From contig OY970195.1 in assembly GCA_963708185.1 (NCBI GenBank), forward strand, positions 896,001 to 960,000: a stretch of DNA of 64,000 nt, read 5' to 3'. A program made the position numbers and the translations under genes. Source of the DNA: Candidatus Peregrinibacteria bacterium (lineage in GTDB: Bacteria > Patescibacteriota > Gracilibacteria > UBA1369). Of the stretch, positions 37,375-49,056 are shown one piece after another; positions within the stretch are counted from its first letter, which is position 1; the number at the start of each line of letters is the position of its first letter. The notes under the pieces were generated by a model. It did not search any database and was not told the origin of the DNA. It saw nothing but the letters and a program-made list of their open reading frames with translations.

Positions 37375-39303
37375 ATGCTCGCCAAAGATCTCCGAAGACG
37401 CTTTATTGATTTCTTTGTAAAAAAACATCAACACGCGGAAATTCCCAGCGGATCGCTCGTCCCGGAAAACGACCCGACAGTTCTGTTCACGACCGCGGGC
37501 ATGCATCCGCTTGTTCCGTACCTTATGGGCGAAGTGCATCCTGCCGGAAAACGTCTGGTCGATGCACAGAAGTGTCTTCGCACCGATGATATCGACGAAG
37601 TTGGTGACGCCACGCACTGCACGTTTTTTGAGATGCTCGGCAACTGGTCGCTCGGAGATTATTTCAAAAAAGAGGCGATTGAATGGAGTTATGAACTGTT
37701 GACGGGATCGCTTGATGATGGCTGCCTGGGGTTGGACCCGAACCGGCTGATGGTAACCTGTTTTGCAGGAGACGACGATGCGCCGCGTGACGATGAAGCC
37801 GCGGGCCACTGGGAAAAACTCGGCTTCAAACGCTATACCGATGCCGGTGACAAAGACCGCAAACTGATTTTCTTTTACGAGAAAAAGAAGAACTGGTGGG
37901 GTCCCGCCGGACACATCGGCCCGTGCGGTCCGGATACGGAAATGTTTTATGATTTGAATCCCGAACTGCCGTGGGCTGAACATAAACCCGGGTCATCCGA
38001 AGCTTCACAAAAGCGCTACCAGCCTGCCGAATTGAAAGGCAAGTGCCACCCCAACTGCGAATGCGGACGCTATGTGGAAATCTGGAACGATGTTTTCATG
38101 CAGTACAACAAAATGCCGGACGGCAAGTATGAAACCCTTCAGCAAAAAAATGTTGATACTGGAATGGGGTTGGAACGCGTGGCCGCGATTCTGCAGGGTG
38201 TGCCGAGCCATTACGAGACCGAACTTTTTATGCCGCTCAAGGAGAAAATCAAGGAGCTCGCGACCGGTCCGAAGACTGCGGAAAGTGAGGAAGAACAGGT
38301 TTTTTCTTCACGCATCATCGCCGACCACATCCGCGCGGCGACCTTCATCATGGGTGATCCATGGGGCGTTGCTCCTTCCAATAAAGACCAGGGGTATATT
38401 CTTCGCCGCCTGATCCGCCGAGCGATACGCCATGCCAAAATGATCGGCATCGAAGGCAATTTTACCGATGTTCTGGGTCAGATCGTTATTGACACCTATG
38501 GCGACGTCTACCCGGAAATTAAGGCACGCGAAACGCAAATCATTGATGAATTCAAGAGGGAGGAAGCCAAATTCCAGAAGACGATCGAACAGGGCCTGCG
38601 TGAAATGGGCAAAATCTGGAACGACGACAAATGCAAGAAAGAGCTGGCCGTGGAAAATGGAGACAAAGCGTTCTTCGTCTACGAAACCTACGGTTTCCCG
38701 ATCGAGATGATCCAGGAAGAACTGAAAAAACTCGGCTACAGCATCGACAAAAAAACTTTCATGAAACGTTTTGAAGAAGCCCAAAAAGCCCACCAGGCGA
38801 AATCACGCGCGGGTTCAGAGATGAAGTTCGCGGGAGGTCTCGCCGACCACAGCTGGGAATGTACGATGCTCCACACCGCCACGCATTTGCTCCACCAGGC
38901 TTTGCGTGATGTGCTGGGCGACGACGTCTACCAGAAAGGTTCGAACATTACGGCCGAACGCCTGCGCTTTGATTTCAACCACAAGGATAAAATGACACCT
39001 GAACAGATCAAGGAAGTGGAAGCGATCGTCAACAAGGAGATCCAGCGTGACCTGCCGGTGAGTTTTGAAATCACCACGGTCGAAGACGCCAAAAAGAAAG
39101 GCGCCATCGGCGTGTTCCCGGACCGTTACGACGAAAAAGTGAAGGTCTACAAGATGGGCGATTTCTCCTACGAAATCTGCGGCGGACCGCACGTTGAAAA
39201 CACCGGCGTGCTCAAGAAATTCAAGATCACCAAAGAGGAGGCGGTTTCCGCAGGGGTCCGCCGTGTCAAGGCTGTCGTTACCGGGGCGGGGCTGAAGGAG
39301 TAG
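37375..39303 (+). CDS. alaS: Alanine--tRNA ligase, short form lacking C-Ala domain
   Basis: LFTTAGM, TFFEMLGNWS, GPCGPDTE, DTGMGLER, HTATHLLHQAL, EICGGPHV. Confidence 0.96.
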   Translation: MLAKDLRRRFIDFFVKKHQHAEIPSGSLVPENDPTVLFTTAGMHPLVPYLMGEVHPAGKRLVDAQKCLRTDDIDEVGDATHCTFFEMLGNWSLGDYFKKEAIEWSYELLTGSLDDGCLGLDPNRLMVTCFAGDDDAPRDDEAAGHWEKLGFKRYTDAGDKDRKLIFFYEKKKNWWGPAGHIGPCGPDTEMFYDLNPELPWAEHKPGSSEASQKRYQPAELKGKCHPNCECGRYVEIWNDVFMQYNKMPDGKYETLQQKNVDTGMGLERVAAILQGVPSHYETELFMPLKEKIKELATGPKTAESEEEQVFSSRIIADHIRAATFIMGDPWGVAPSNKDQGYILRRLIRRAIRHAKMIGIEGNFTDVLGQIVIDTYGDVYPEIKARETQIIDEFKREEAKFQKTIEQGLREMGKIWNDDKCKKELAVENGDKAFFVYETYGFPIEMIQEELKKLGYSIDKKTFMKRFEEAQKAHQAKSRAGSEMKFAGGLADHSWECTMLHTATHLLHQALRDVLGDDVYQKGSNITAERLRFDFNHKDKMTPEQIKEVEAIVNKEIQRDLPVSFEITTVEDAKKKGAIGVFPDRYDEKVKVYKMGDFSYEICGGPHVENTGVLKKFKITKEEAVSAGVRRVKAVVTGAGLKE

Positions 39304-39304
39304 G

Positions 39305-39607
39305 CTACTTTTTCCTGCTTCCCTTCCAGTCTTCCTTTCGTTTCTGCATTTCGTCGAGGTGCATTTTGTGCGCCTGTTCGACATGCATCCACCAAGGGGT
39401 GTTTTCTCCGCCGGTCATCCAGAAAAACATCATGCGGCAGAAGAGCAGCGCGAAATAAAAGAGAACGATAATAACGAGAAATCCGATGTAGGACCCGAGA
39501 TCCTGCAATGACATTTTGCCCTGGGATGCCATCCAGAAGAATCCGAGAACGACGGCGACGACGATGAACGGTTCGCTGAACCCGTTACGCACGCGGGAAT
39601 GTTTCAT
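39305..39607 (-). CDS. Small hypothetical membrane protein
   Basis: Two hydrophobic segments; fills the gap between alaS and the MarR gene. Confidence 0.55.
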   Translation of the reverse strand: MKHSRVRNGFSEPFIVVAVVLGFFWMASQGKMSLQDLGSYIGFLVIIVLFYFALLFCRMMFFWMTGGENTPWWMHVEQAHKMHLDEMQKRKEDWKGSRKK

Positions 39608-39629
39608 AAAATAAGACTAAAAGAGTAAT

Positions 39630-39650
39630 ACATCTTAGTAACTAAGATGT
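39630..39650. promoter_or_regulatory. Candidate MarR operator
   Basis: Perfect palindrome ACATCTTAGT-A-ACTAAGATGT between divergent genes. Confidence 0.75.
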
Positions 39651-39687
39651 TTACATCGTAAGACATCGGTGATAGACTGTCAATATC

Positions 39688-40167
39688 ATGAACAAAAAAC
39701 AGCTTATACAAGCTATTAATTACACATTCCGCCGTACTTCCACTGAAACCATCATGTTTCACCAGGCCGTTGCCGACGCGCTCGACCTGAATATAACGGA
39801 CCATAAATGCATGGAACTCCTCAATCGGTTGGGACCGATGACCGCTGGGAAGCTTTCGGAACTCACCGGGCTTACGACTGGAGCCGTCACCGGCATCGTT
39901 GATCGCCTGGAAAAGGCTAAACTTGCCAAAAGAACAACCGATCCAAAAGACCGAAGGAAGATCATAATCACGCTCGCCGACAATAAAACCGTCAGCAAGA
40001 AACTGTGGAAGATTTTCGGTTCGATGAGCAAAGCCATGGAAGAAGTCCTTTCGGGCTACAACGAGAAAGAGCTGAAGCTTTTTCTCGATTTCATGACAAA
40101 TGTCCTTGAAAAATCGCAGGAGGTAAGAGTAAAACTGCGGAGAAGGCAATCGAAACACAAGAATTGA
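39688..40167 (+). CDS. MarR family transcriptional regulator
   Basis: GPMTAGKLSELTGLTTGAVTGIVDRLEK, DPKDRRK. Confidence 0.93.
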   Translation: MNKKQLIQAINYTFRRTSTETIMFHQAVADALDLNITDHKCMELLNRLGPMTAGKLSELTGLTTGAVTGIVDRLEKAKLAKRTTDPKDRRKIIITLADNKTVSKKLWKIFGSMSKAMEEVLSGYNEKELKLFLDFMTNVLEKSQEVRVKLRRRQSKHKN

Positions 40168-40189
40168 TTCATACTTTCAGGTGCTCAAT

Positions 40190-41575
40190 CTATACGAGTG
40201 AACTTTTTCGTTCAAGCAGCTCCCCTTTCATGAGCCATGATAAGCCTTTGGTGATCTTTACGTCCACCACGGCGCCCACGAGTTCGGGGCTTCCAATAAA
40301 TTGGACGACTTTGTTTTCACGCGATTTGCCTTCGCATTCTCCGGTTTCTTTGATGTATTTTTCCACAAGGACTTCCATGGTTTTTCCTTCAAAACGTTTG
40401 TGTCCTTCCAACGAGCATTCTTCAAGAATATCGTTGAGCGCGTGCCAGCGGCGGGCTTTTTCCTGGCGCGTCACGTCGTCTTTGAAGGCTCGTGTTGCCA
40501 CGGTTCCGGGCCTGGAGCTGTATCGGGCAATATAGGCCATGTCCCAGCGGATGTCTTTATACACTTTCAGGGTGTCTTCGAACTGCTCGGGCGTTTCACC
40601 GCAAAATCCCACAATAATATCTGTGGTAATGGAAGCGTCGGGGAGTTTTTCGCGGATTTTTTTGATGACCGACCTGTAGTGTTCCACCGTATACTTGCGG
40701 TTCATTTTTTTGAGAACGTCGTTGTTGCCAGCCTGGATGGGCAGGTGGAATTGCGGGCATAAGGAAGGCAAATCCACGTATGCCTGGATGAGTGAATCCG
40801 TGTAGTCATGCGGATGGGGTGAGGTGAATCGCACGCGGTTGAGGCCGATTTCGCGGAGCGCGTCGATCTTGGTGAGGAGGGTGACGAACGGGTCCGGCAT
40901 GCCCTCGAATTTTCCGGATTTTTTGTCGAGCGCACTGAGTCCGTACGAGTTCACGGTCTGTCCCACGAGGGTGATCTCCTTGCAGCCGTGTTCAACGAGG
41001 GCGCGACACTCCGCGAGGATGTCATCCATGGGGCGGCTCTGTTCGCGCCCTCTGGAATAGGGCACGATGCAGTAAGTGCAGTATTTGTCGCAGCCGATCT
41101 GGATGGGCACGAAAGCCTGGAACCTGGTTGTGTACTTAGGATTGATCTTGAGATAGTCATTGAGATCGGCTTCAGCAAGCTGCGGAAGATCCAGCTGAGG
41201 TTCGGCTTCGGCAAGCACTTCACCGATCTTGTGGGTTTCGGTAATTTTGAACACGAAGTCCACGGAATCCACACGCCTGAGCAGGTCGTCCTTGGTTTCC
41301 TTCTGGGAGTTCCTGCTGCTGGTTTTGCGGATCATGCATCCGGTCAGGCCAACAAGCAGTCGGGGATTCCTCTTCTTGAGGCGCTCAAGATTTTCAAGCT
41401 GGCCGAATACCCTGTCTTCGCCTTTCTGGCGGATGGAGCAGGTATTGAAAATGTAGAGGTCGGAATCCTCCCACTTTTGGGTCCGGTCGTAGCCAAGTTT
41501 TTCCAACAGTGCCGCAACGCGTTCACTGTCGGAATAGTTCATGGCGCACCCCAACGTTTGGATGTAATATTTCAT
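40190..41575 (-). CDS. miaB: tRNA-2-methylthio-N6-dimethylallyladenosine synthase
   Basis: TLGCAMNYSDSE, NTCSIR, CDKYCTYC, RFTSPHP, TDIIVGF, C-terminal TRAM-like domain. Confidence 0.93.
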   Translation of the reverse strand: MKYYIQTLGCAMNYSDSERVAALLEKLGYDRTQKWEDSDLYIFNTCSIRQKGEDRVFGQLENLERLKKRNPRLLVGLTGCMIRKTSSRNSQKETKDDLLRRVDSVDFVFKITETHKIGEVLAEAEPQLDLPQLAEADLNDYLKINPKYTTRFQAFVPIQIGCDKYCTYCIVPYSRGREQSRPMDDILAECRALVEHGCKEITLVGQTVNSYGLSALDKKSGKFEGMPDPFVTLLTKIDALREIGLNRVRFTSPHPHDYTDSLIQAYVDLPSLCPQFHLPIQAGNNDVLKKMNRKYTVEHYRSVIKKIREKLPDASITTDIIVGFCGETPEQFEDTLKVYKDIRWDMAYIARYSSRPGTVATRAFKDDVTRQEKARRWHALNDILEECSLEGHKRFEGKTMEVLVEKYIKETGECEGKSRENKVVQFIGSPELVGAVVDVKITKGLSWLMKGELLERKSSLV

Positions 41576-42549
41576 GATTTCTTTCCAGAATTACTCATTT
41601 TTTTGACATCGTCGAGTTGAGCGAGGTCGAGGGTATTTTCATTGAGGCTGATCTTCTTTTTCTGCAGCCAGTGGAATCCCTTTTCAGGGCTTACCACCGC
41701 CACATCAATAGCCCCGCCCACACCGGGTGAAGATCCGGGAATGCTCCAGGTCCCGTCGGTAATTTTCTGGATATATTCTGTAATTTTGATGGCGAGCTCG
41801 GAGAATTCAACGGCATCCTGGAGGGTCATGGTTCCCCAGTTCACCACATACTCCTGGTCGTCGATCTGGCGCAACAGTTCATCTTTTTTCGGGTTGGGCA
41901 TCTCCACGATGATGGGAAGCCGTTTTATTTCGGGACTCCACCCTCGGATAATGCGGATGAGTACGTCGGTCTGGCCGATCCAGGTGGCCCCGGACTGCTC
42001 TTTACTCAGCTTGAGGACCATGCCGTTTTTGTCTTTGGGATCGGGCAGGGTGATCTTGTAGACCATATTGTTTTTATTGGCGTCGTGCCCGGTGACCAAA
42101 AATTCCAGAATGGACTGATAGTACTTTTGCTCCTGCTTCTGTCCCTTTTCGTCTTTGTAATTAAAGATGGCGCATTCGAGTTCGAAACGATATTCAATGT
42201 CCTTGCATCCTTTATCGGCGAGACGTTTTTTCTGTCCTTCGGCGTAGTTGGTCAAAAACCTGCTGTAGATGTCGGCGAAGTAATCGTACAGTTTGTCGAC
42301 GATTTCCGGGACATCCATGGATTCGAGATCGTATTCGTTCTTGAAACGGTGGATGTGCTGCTGGATGTTTTTGTTTTCCAGAAAAGATATGCCGCAGGCA
42401 ACGGCGCCGACTCTTTTGTTGAGCTGAAAAATTTTCATTCGGGTGTCCGACCCCATGCGCACGTCACCGATGGCGTTGCGATAGGTTTCCATGCTGTCGG
42501 CGGCGAGGACGTTCCCCTCATTGGTGGTGACGATGATGGCTAAACTCAT
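41572..42549 (-). CDS. Putative Ntn-hydrolase, proteasome-beta-like fold
   Basis: M-SLAIIVTTNEGNVLAADS, KIFQL, MTLQDAVEF, VGGAIDVAVVS. Confidence 0.7.
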   Translation of the reverse strand: MSLAIIVTTNEGNVLAADSMETYRNAIGDVRMGSDTRMKIFQLNKRVGAVACGISFLENKNIQQHIHRFKNEYDLESMDVPEIVDKLYDYFADIYSRFLTNYAEGQKKRLADKGCKDIEYRFELECAIFNYKDEKGQKQEQKYYQSILEFLVTGHDANKNNMVYKITLPDPKDKNGMVLKLSKEQSGATWIGQTDVLIRIIRGWSPEIKRLPIIVEMPNPKKDELLRQIDDQEYVVNWGTMTLQDAVEFSELAIKITEYIQKITDGTWSIPGSSPGVGGAIDVAVVSPEKGFHWLQKKKISLNENTLDLAQLDDVKKMSNSGKKS

Positions 42550-42630
42550 AAAAGTTTTCTAAAGGCTACGGGTACAGCAAAATTAGCTGATTTTCTGGGT
42601 AAAATCAATGGCGCACCAGGCATTTTTCAA

Positions 42631-42706
42631 TGGTGACCCCGGCGGGAATTGAACCTGCATCTAAGCCTTAGGAGTGCCTTGTTCTATCCAATTGAACTAC
42701 GGGGTC
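42631..42706 (-). tRNA. tRNA-Arg(CCT)
   Basis: GACCCCG/CGGGGTC acceptor, TAGTTCAATTGGATAGAAC, loop CTCCTAA, GGTTCAATTCC, CCA; one mismatch each in anticodon and T stems. Confidence 0.88.
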
Positions 42707-42729
42707 ACAGCGCAGGTTTTCTCTCGCGG

Positions 42730-43365
42730 TTACGCGTTCTGGGGAGCCAGGATAATGAATTCCGTTTTTTCCTGAGGCAAATCGTTGCGGGTGTTCACCG
42801 AAAATTTCGGTTCGGGATTACCGGCTTTGGTTCCGGATTTCTTCAGGAAAGCTTCCAAGTCTCCCGCTTCGACTTTAAGTCCCGTGGTTTTGCATCCGAT
42901 TGGAATAACCACGCGGGGTTCGATTTCTTCGATGGTTTTGTGGATCTCTTCAAGGTTTCCTTTGACCGGCACGAGGAGGATATCCACGTCGCCGATGTTG
43001 TCCATGAGGTCGTCTCCAATGGGCACGGAAAAGTCATCAATATAGCAGACCTTGAGCCCGTCGGCGTCAAAGGTATAAATCATGGCTTTATTGGCAGGCT
43101 TCTTTCCTTCCGCCGGAGTAGAAATTTCCATGGCGGTGATGGCGATCCCCGCGACTTCGTATTCACCCGGCCAGGTGAGGATCTTTGGATTCCCTTCAAC
43201 CGCTTCGGGGTTGTTTGATTTGTTCTCTTCATCGCTGAGAATGACGACGTCCGCTTTCAACGAAGGAAGCTTGAGTCCGATATCGTTTTTGTAAGGGTCC
43301 ATGACGAGCGTTCCCGTCTTGGTTTTGACGCCGTAACAGTTGTATCCGTACCAAGTGATTTCCAT
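42730..43365 (-). CDS. MBL-fold protein, metal motif degenerate
   Basis: MEITWYG, MDPY, PGEYEV, DILLVPV, IEPRVVIP; HxHxDH absent. Confidence 0.8.
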   Translation of the reverse strand: MEITWYGYNCYGVKTKTGTLVMDPYKNDIGLKLPSLKADVVILSDEENKSNNPEAVEGNPKILTWPGEYEVAGIAITAMEISTPAEGKKPANKAMIYTFDADGLKVCYIDDFSVPIGDDLMDNIGDVDILLVPVKGNLEEIHKTIEEIEPRVVIPIGCKTTGLKVEAGDLEAFLKKSGTKAGNPEPKFSVNTRNDLPQEKTEFIILAPQNA

Positions 43366-43473
43366 AGGTGGGGAATAATAGAATGTAGATTTGGAAATGC
43401 GGGTTTTCCTGCCGCGTGAGAGCGGCTGACCCGGTTCGCCAACGAACTATAAAGCATTTTTTTGGGATTGTAA

Positions 43474-45673
<2,200 letters not shown>

Positions 45674-45674
<1 letters not shown>

Positions 45675-46459
45675 TGATCAAAAACTACCGCAAGGATCTT
45701 CCGATCTTTCAGTTTCACAATCTTCAGAAATTTTCTGACGAGTTTGAACATGCGGTACTTTCACGTCTCGGCGGCGTCAGTAAAAAACCTTTCGACACTC
45801 TCAACGTGAGCCTGACCGTGGACGACAGCGCCGAGGACGTGCTCCGCAACCGTTCGACCATCTGCAAATCTTTCGGGCTTGCGCCGAAAGACCTTGTTTC
45901 CGCCAACCAGATCCACAGCAAAAATGTGATGGTTGTTGATGAAAAAGTTCTTTCGTCACACAAAGCCCATGAAGACTTTGAAGACGTCGACGCGTTCGTA
46001 ACCGACCTTCCCGGTGTCGCCTTGATGATGAAGGTGGCCGATTGCCAGGCCGTGCTGATGTTCGATCCGGTCAAGAAAGTCATCGGCGCGGTGCATGCCG
46101 GATGGCGCGGGCTGGTCCTGGATATCAGCGGCGCGACTATCGCCGTGATGAAGAAAAAATTCGGCGTGAAACCTGAAAACCTTATTGTGGGCATCAGTCC
46201 TTCACTCGGACCCTGCTGCTGTTTTTTCAGTGATCCGCACAAAGAACTCCCTCCGGGTTTCAAGCCCTACATCAAGCAGAACAATACTGTGGACCTGTGG
46301 AAATTCAGTGCCGACCAGCTGGCGCGGCACGGCGTAAAACCCGATCACATCGAACATGCCCGGGTCTGCACCATGTGCGGAGGCGGTGAAAAATTTTATT
46401 CCTTCCGGAGGGACCGAGGAGTGACCGGCAGGTTCGGGGCTTTAATTTTTCTTCTGTAA
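45674..46459 (+). CDS. pgeF: YfiH/PgeF family protein
   Basis: R-GGVS, QIHS, ADCQ, HAGWRG, CTMC, FYSFRR. Confidence 0.9.
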
Positions 46460-48391
46460 TTGATCGAGAATTTTCTGCGCGTCCATAAAGGCGGGATCAA
46501 CTCTTACCGCGTCGCTCAATGCCTGGACGGCGAGATTCGTCTGTCCGATCTGGCTGAAAATTTTTGAGGCCTGGTACGCATAGAGCGGGTTCTTTGGGCT
46601 GAGCGTGATCGCCTGCTGGAGGTCGTTGATGCCCTGCTGCATGTAGGCGTCGCTCTGTTCGAGTCCGGCAAGCTGGATCGACGTCACTCCCATGTTGTAG
46701 TAGGTGCTGGGATGAAAATTGTTGATGATGGTGGCCTTCTGGTAGTTTTGCAGGGCGAGCTGGTAATACTGTTCCGAGTAGCTCGGATCGATGTCCGAAG
46801 CGGTGGCCGCCTTGAAGGCGAAGTCCGCGTAGGCCTGGTAATATTCGTAACGGTAGGGTTGTTCCGTAATCATGGCATCGTACCAGTTGCGGGCGTTTTC
46901 CGGCCTGCCGGCGCTTTCTTCCACAATGGCGTTCTTGTAATAATATTCTGCTTTGGCTTCATGGAGCGTGGAAAATCCTCCCCAGATGATGAGGATGAGC
47001 ACGAAGCACAACGCGAACTCCCTGAAGATCGGCGCAAGTTTGAGTTCGATGTTTTTTTCCTTGAACGATACTGCTCCCGTTGCCGCTCCGAGGAGGAGGA
47101 AAAATACGGTGAGCGTATCGACGACTCCGAAGTTCACGACCGCCTGGATGAGATAGACCATGATCGCTCCTTTCATCCCGAGAGTCATGAAAAAGAGTTC
47201 ATCGGGTTTCTGCTTGTTGAAAAGTTTTTTGTCGATTCCCATGAAGACGATGACGAGCAATATGGCGAAAGCCGCAAAACCTACGATGCCTTCCGTGGCG
47301 AGTATATCGACATAATCGTCGTGCGAGGATTCAGGCGTGATCTGATACTGGATATCCCCGGGTCCCGGCACGCGGTAATCGTAACGACGATACTGGTTAT
47401 AGATGTCGCGGAAGGTCGAAAGCCCGAACCCCAGGACTGGCCGGTCTTTGAGCATGGCAAAACTGCTGTACCACCAGCTGATGCGGTCGGGCGTGTACCC
47501 CTGCTGCGCCGTCACGGCACCCTGTTCGAATCTCTGGATAACCGGAACGTTGGAAAGCGGTTCTCTGAAGGCAAAAATCAGTCCTCCGATGACGGCGAGT
47601 CCCAGGACAAAAACGTACCAGAATTTTCGCAAAAAAAGTTTCAATGTTTTGGAACGAACCGCCAGAATGACAAAAACGATTACCAGGGAAAGGATCGTTG
47701 CGACGAGCGCCGCCCTGCTTCCCGTCAACAACAGGACGATGAACGCCGCGTGGGCGCACAGGACCAGAAACCTTTGCAGGATTTTGTTTTTCAAAAAAGG
47801 GATGACGCCGAAACTCAAGAGGATGCACATTCCGAGATAGGCTCCAAAATGATCACTGTGTCCCATGGTTCCAAAAACGCGTTCCTGCGGGCTCTGGCTC
47901 CAGGCGAAACTGTCGTTGAATACGCCGAAATACTGCAGAAAACCGTAGAGCGTCAGGATGACGATGCCGGTAAAGCACATGACGGTGATGAAGGTCTTGA
48001 TCTGCTGCTTGGTGGTGAAAAAATTATAGACGAGCCAGGTGACGACGAGAAAATTGAGCTGTGTAAAAAGGCCGAGAAACCTTGTTTCCGTTCCGAAAAG
48101 ACTCGAGAAAATATTTGAAGACGTCGTCGTGGCCAGGACCATGACGGCCGCGTACAGTAAAAGAGCCCAGACGAATTTCCCGCGGCGAAGCTGTATTTTT
48201 TCCTCGGTGTAGCTTTTCCACGCCCACAGCAAAAGAACCAGCAGCGTCACCACTCGGAGAAAGAGCAGCTTCGGCGCGGCGAAGTTGGAATAGAACGCGG
48301 TCGAAAAAACCAGCGGTACGCCCACGGCCAGGCTGTAGAGAAGCCAGTTTATGGTCTTGTCGTACCATTGTTGTTTTTTTGTTTGCAGCAT
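46442..48391 (-). CDS. O-antigen-ligase-like (Wzy_C) membrane protein with C-terminal TPRs
   Basis: About 12 TM, GTMGH, TGSRAA, R--WW, P-LGFG, HDDY, TPR tail. Confidence 0.85.
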   Translation of the reverse strand: MLQTKKQQWYDKTINWLLYSLAVGVPLVFSTAFYSNFAAPKLLFLRVVTLLVLLLWAWKSYTEEKIQLRRGKFVWALLLYAAVMVLATTTSSNIFSSLFGTETRFLGLFTQLNFLVVTWLVYNFFTTKQQIKTFITVMCFTGIVILTLYGFLQYFGVFNDSFAWSQSPQERVFGTMGHSDHFGAYLGMCILLSFGVIPFLKNKILQRFLVLCAHAAFIVLLLTGSRAALVATILSLVIVFVILAVRSKTLKLFLRKFWYVFVLGLAVIGGLIFAFREPLSNVPVIQRFEQGAVTAQQGYTPDRISWWYSSFAMLKDRPVLGFGLSTFRDIYNQYRRYDYRVPGPGDIQYQITPESSHDDYVDILATEGIVGFAAFAILLVIVFMGIDKKLFNKQKPDELFFMTLGMKGAIMVYLIQAVVNFGVVDTLTVFFLLLGAATGAVSFKEKNIELKLAPIFREFALCFVLILIIWGGFSTLHEAKAEYYYKNAIVEESAGRPENARNWYDAMITEQPYRYEYYQAYADFAFKAATASDIDPSYSEQYYQLALQNYQKATIINNFHPSTYYNMGVTSIQLAGLEQSDAYMQQGINDLQQAITLSPKNPLYAYQASKIFSQIGQTNLAVQALSDAVRVDPAFMDAQKILDQLQKKN

Positions 48392-48413
48392 TGGGGTAAT
48401 CGGTAGCCCTGAA

Positions 48414-49056
48414 TCAGTATGCGCCTTTCCCAGATATTACCACACCGACGGTTTTGACCATAATCACAAAATCCATGCGGAGGGAACGGTGCTTGATGTA
48501 ATAAAAATCGAACTCGAGGTTGTGATGGAGCGGAAGGTCTTTTCGCCCTTTGATCTGCCATATCCCGGTGAGCCCCCGGTTTGACCAGGAGCCTTTTTCT
48601 TTCCAACGGGGTGTAGTGCTCGACCATGAAAGGCATTTCAGGGCGCGGGCCCACGAGCGACATGTCTCCTTTGAGCACGTTGATAAGCTGAGGAACTTCG
48701 TCGAGGCTGGTGCGGCGCAGGAAGCGCCCGATCCTGGTGACTCTTTCGTCGCGCGGAGTCTGCGGAGCGAGCTCCTGATCTTTGACTCCCTGGAACATGG
48801 TGCGGAATTTATACAGCTTGAAATGTTTTCTGTCCTTGCCGATTCTCACATGCGAAAACAAAGCCTTTCCCGGCGAATCCAGATGAATGAGTACGACGAT
48901 CAACAACCAGAACGGTAAAAAACACACCAACCCGAGGAGCGAAAGCACAATATCCAGAAAGCGCTTTACGCTTTCGTAGAGCGGCTTTTTTGCGTCCGCC
49001 TCAAGATGGGTGAAATGCTGATGTTTGAGTTCTTCGATCGACGGGAACTTCATCAT
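48414..49056 (-). pseudogene. Undecaprenyl-phosphate sugar phosphotransferase with a 1-nt frameshift (pseudogene, phase-OFF allele or sequence error)
   Basis: KRFLD, YKFRTM, SLDEVPQLINVLKGDMSLVGPRP; removing one base from the C5 run at 48573-48577 restores KPGLTGIWQIKGR...DFYY...KT...GKGAY-stop. Confidence 0.85.

Noticed and set aside
46712-48118. Long antisense ORFs (also 236-1552, 51165-52418 and others)
   Set aside because: Shadows of well-supported genes caused by codon bias.
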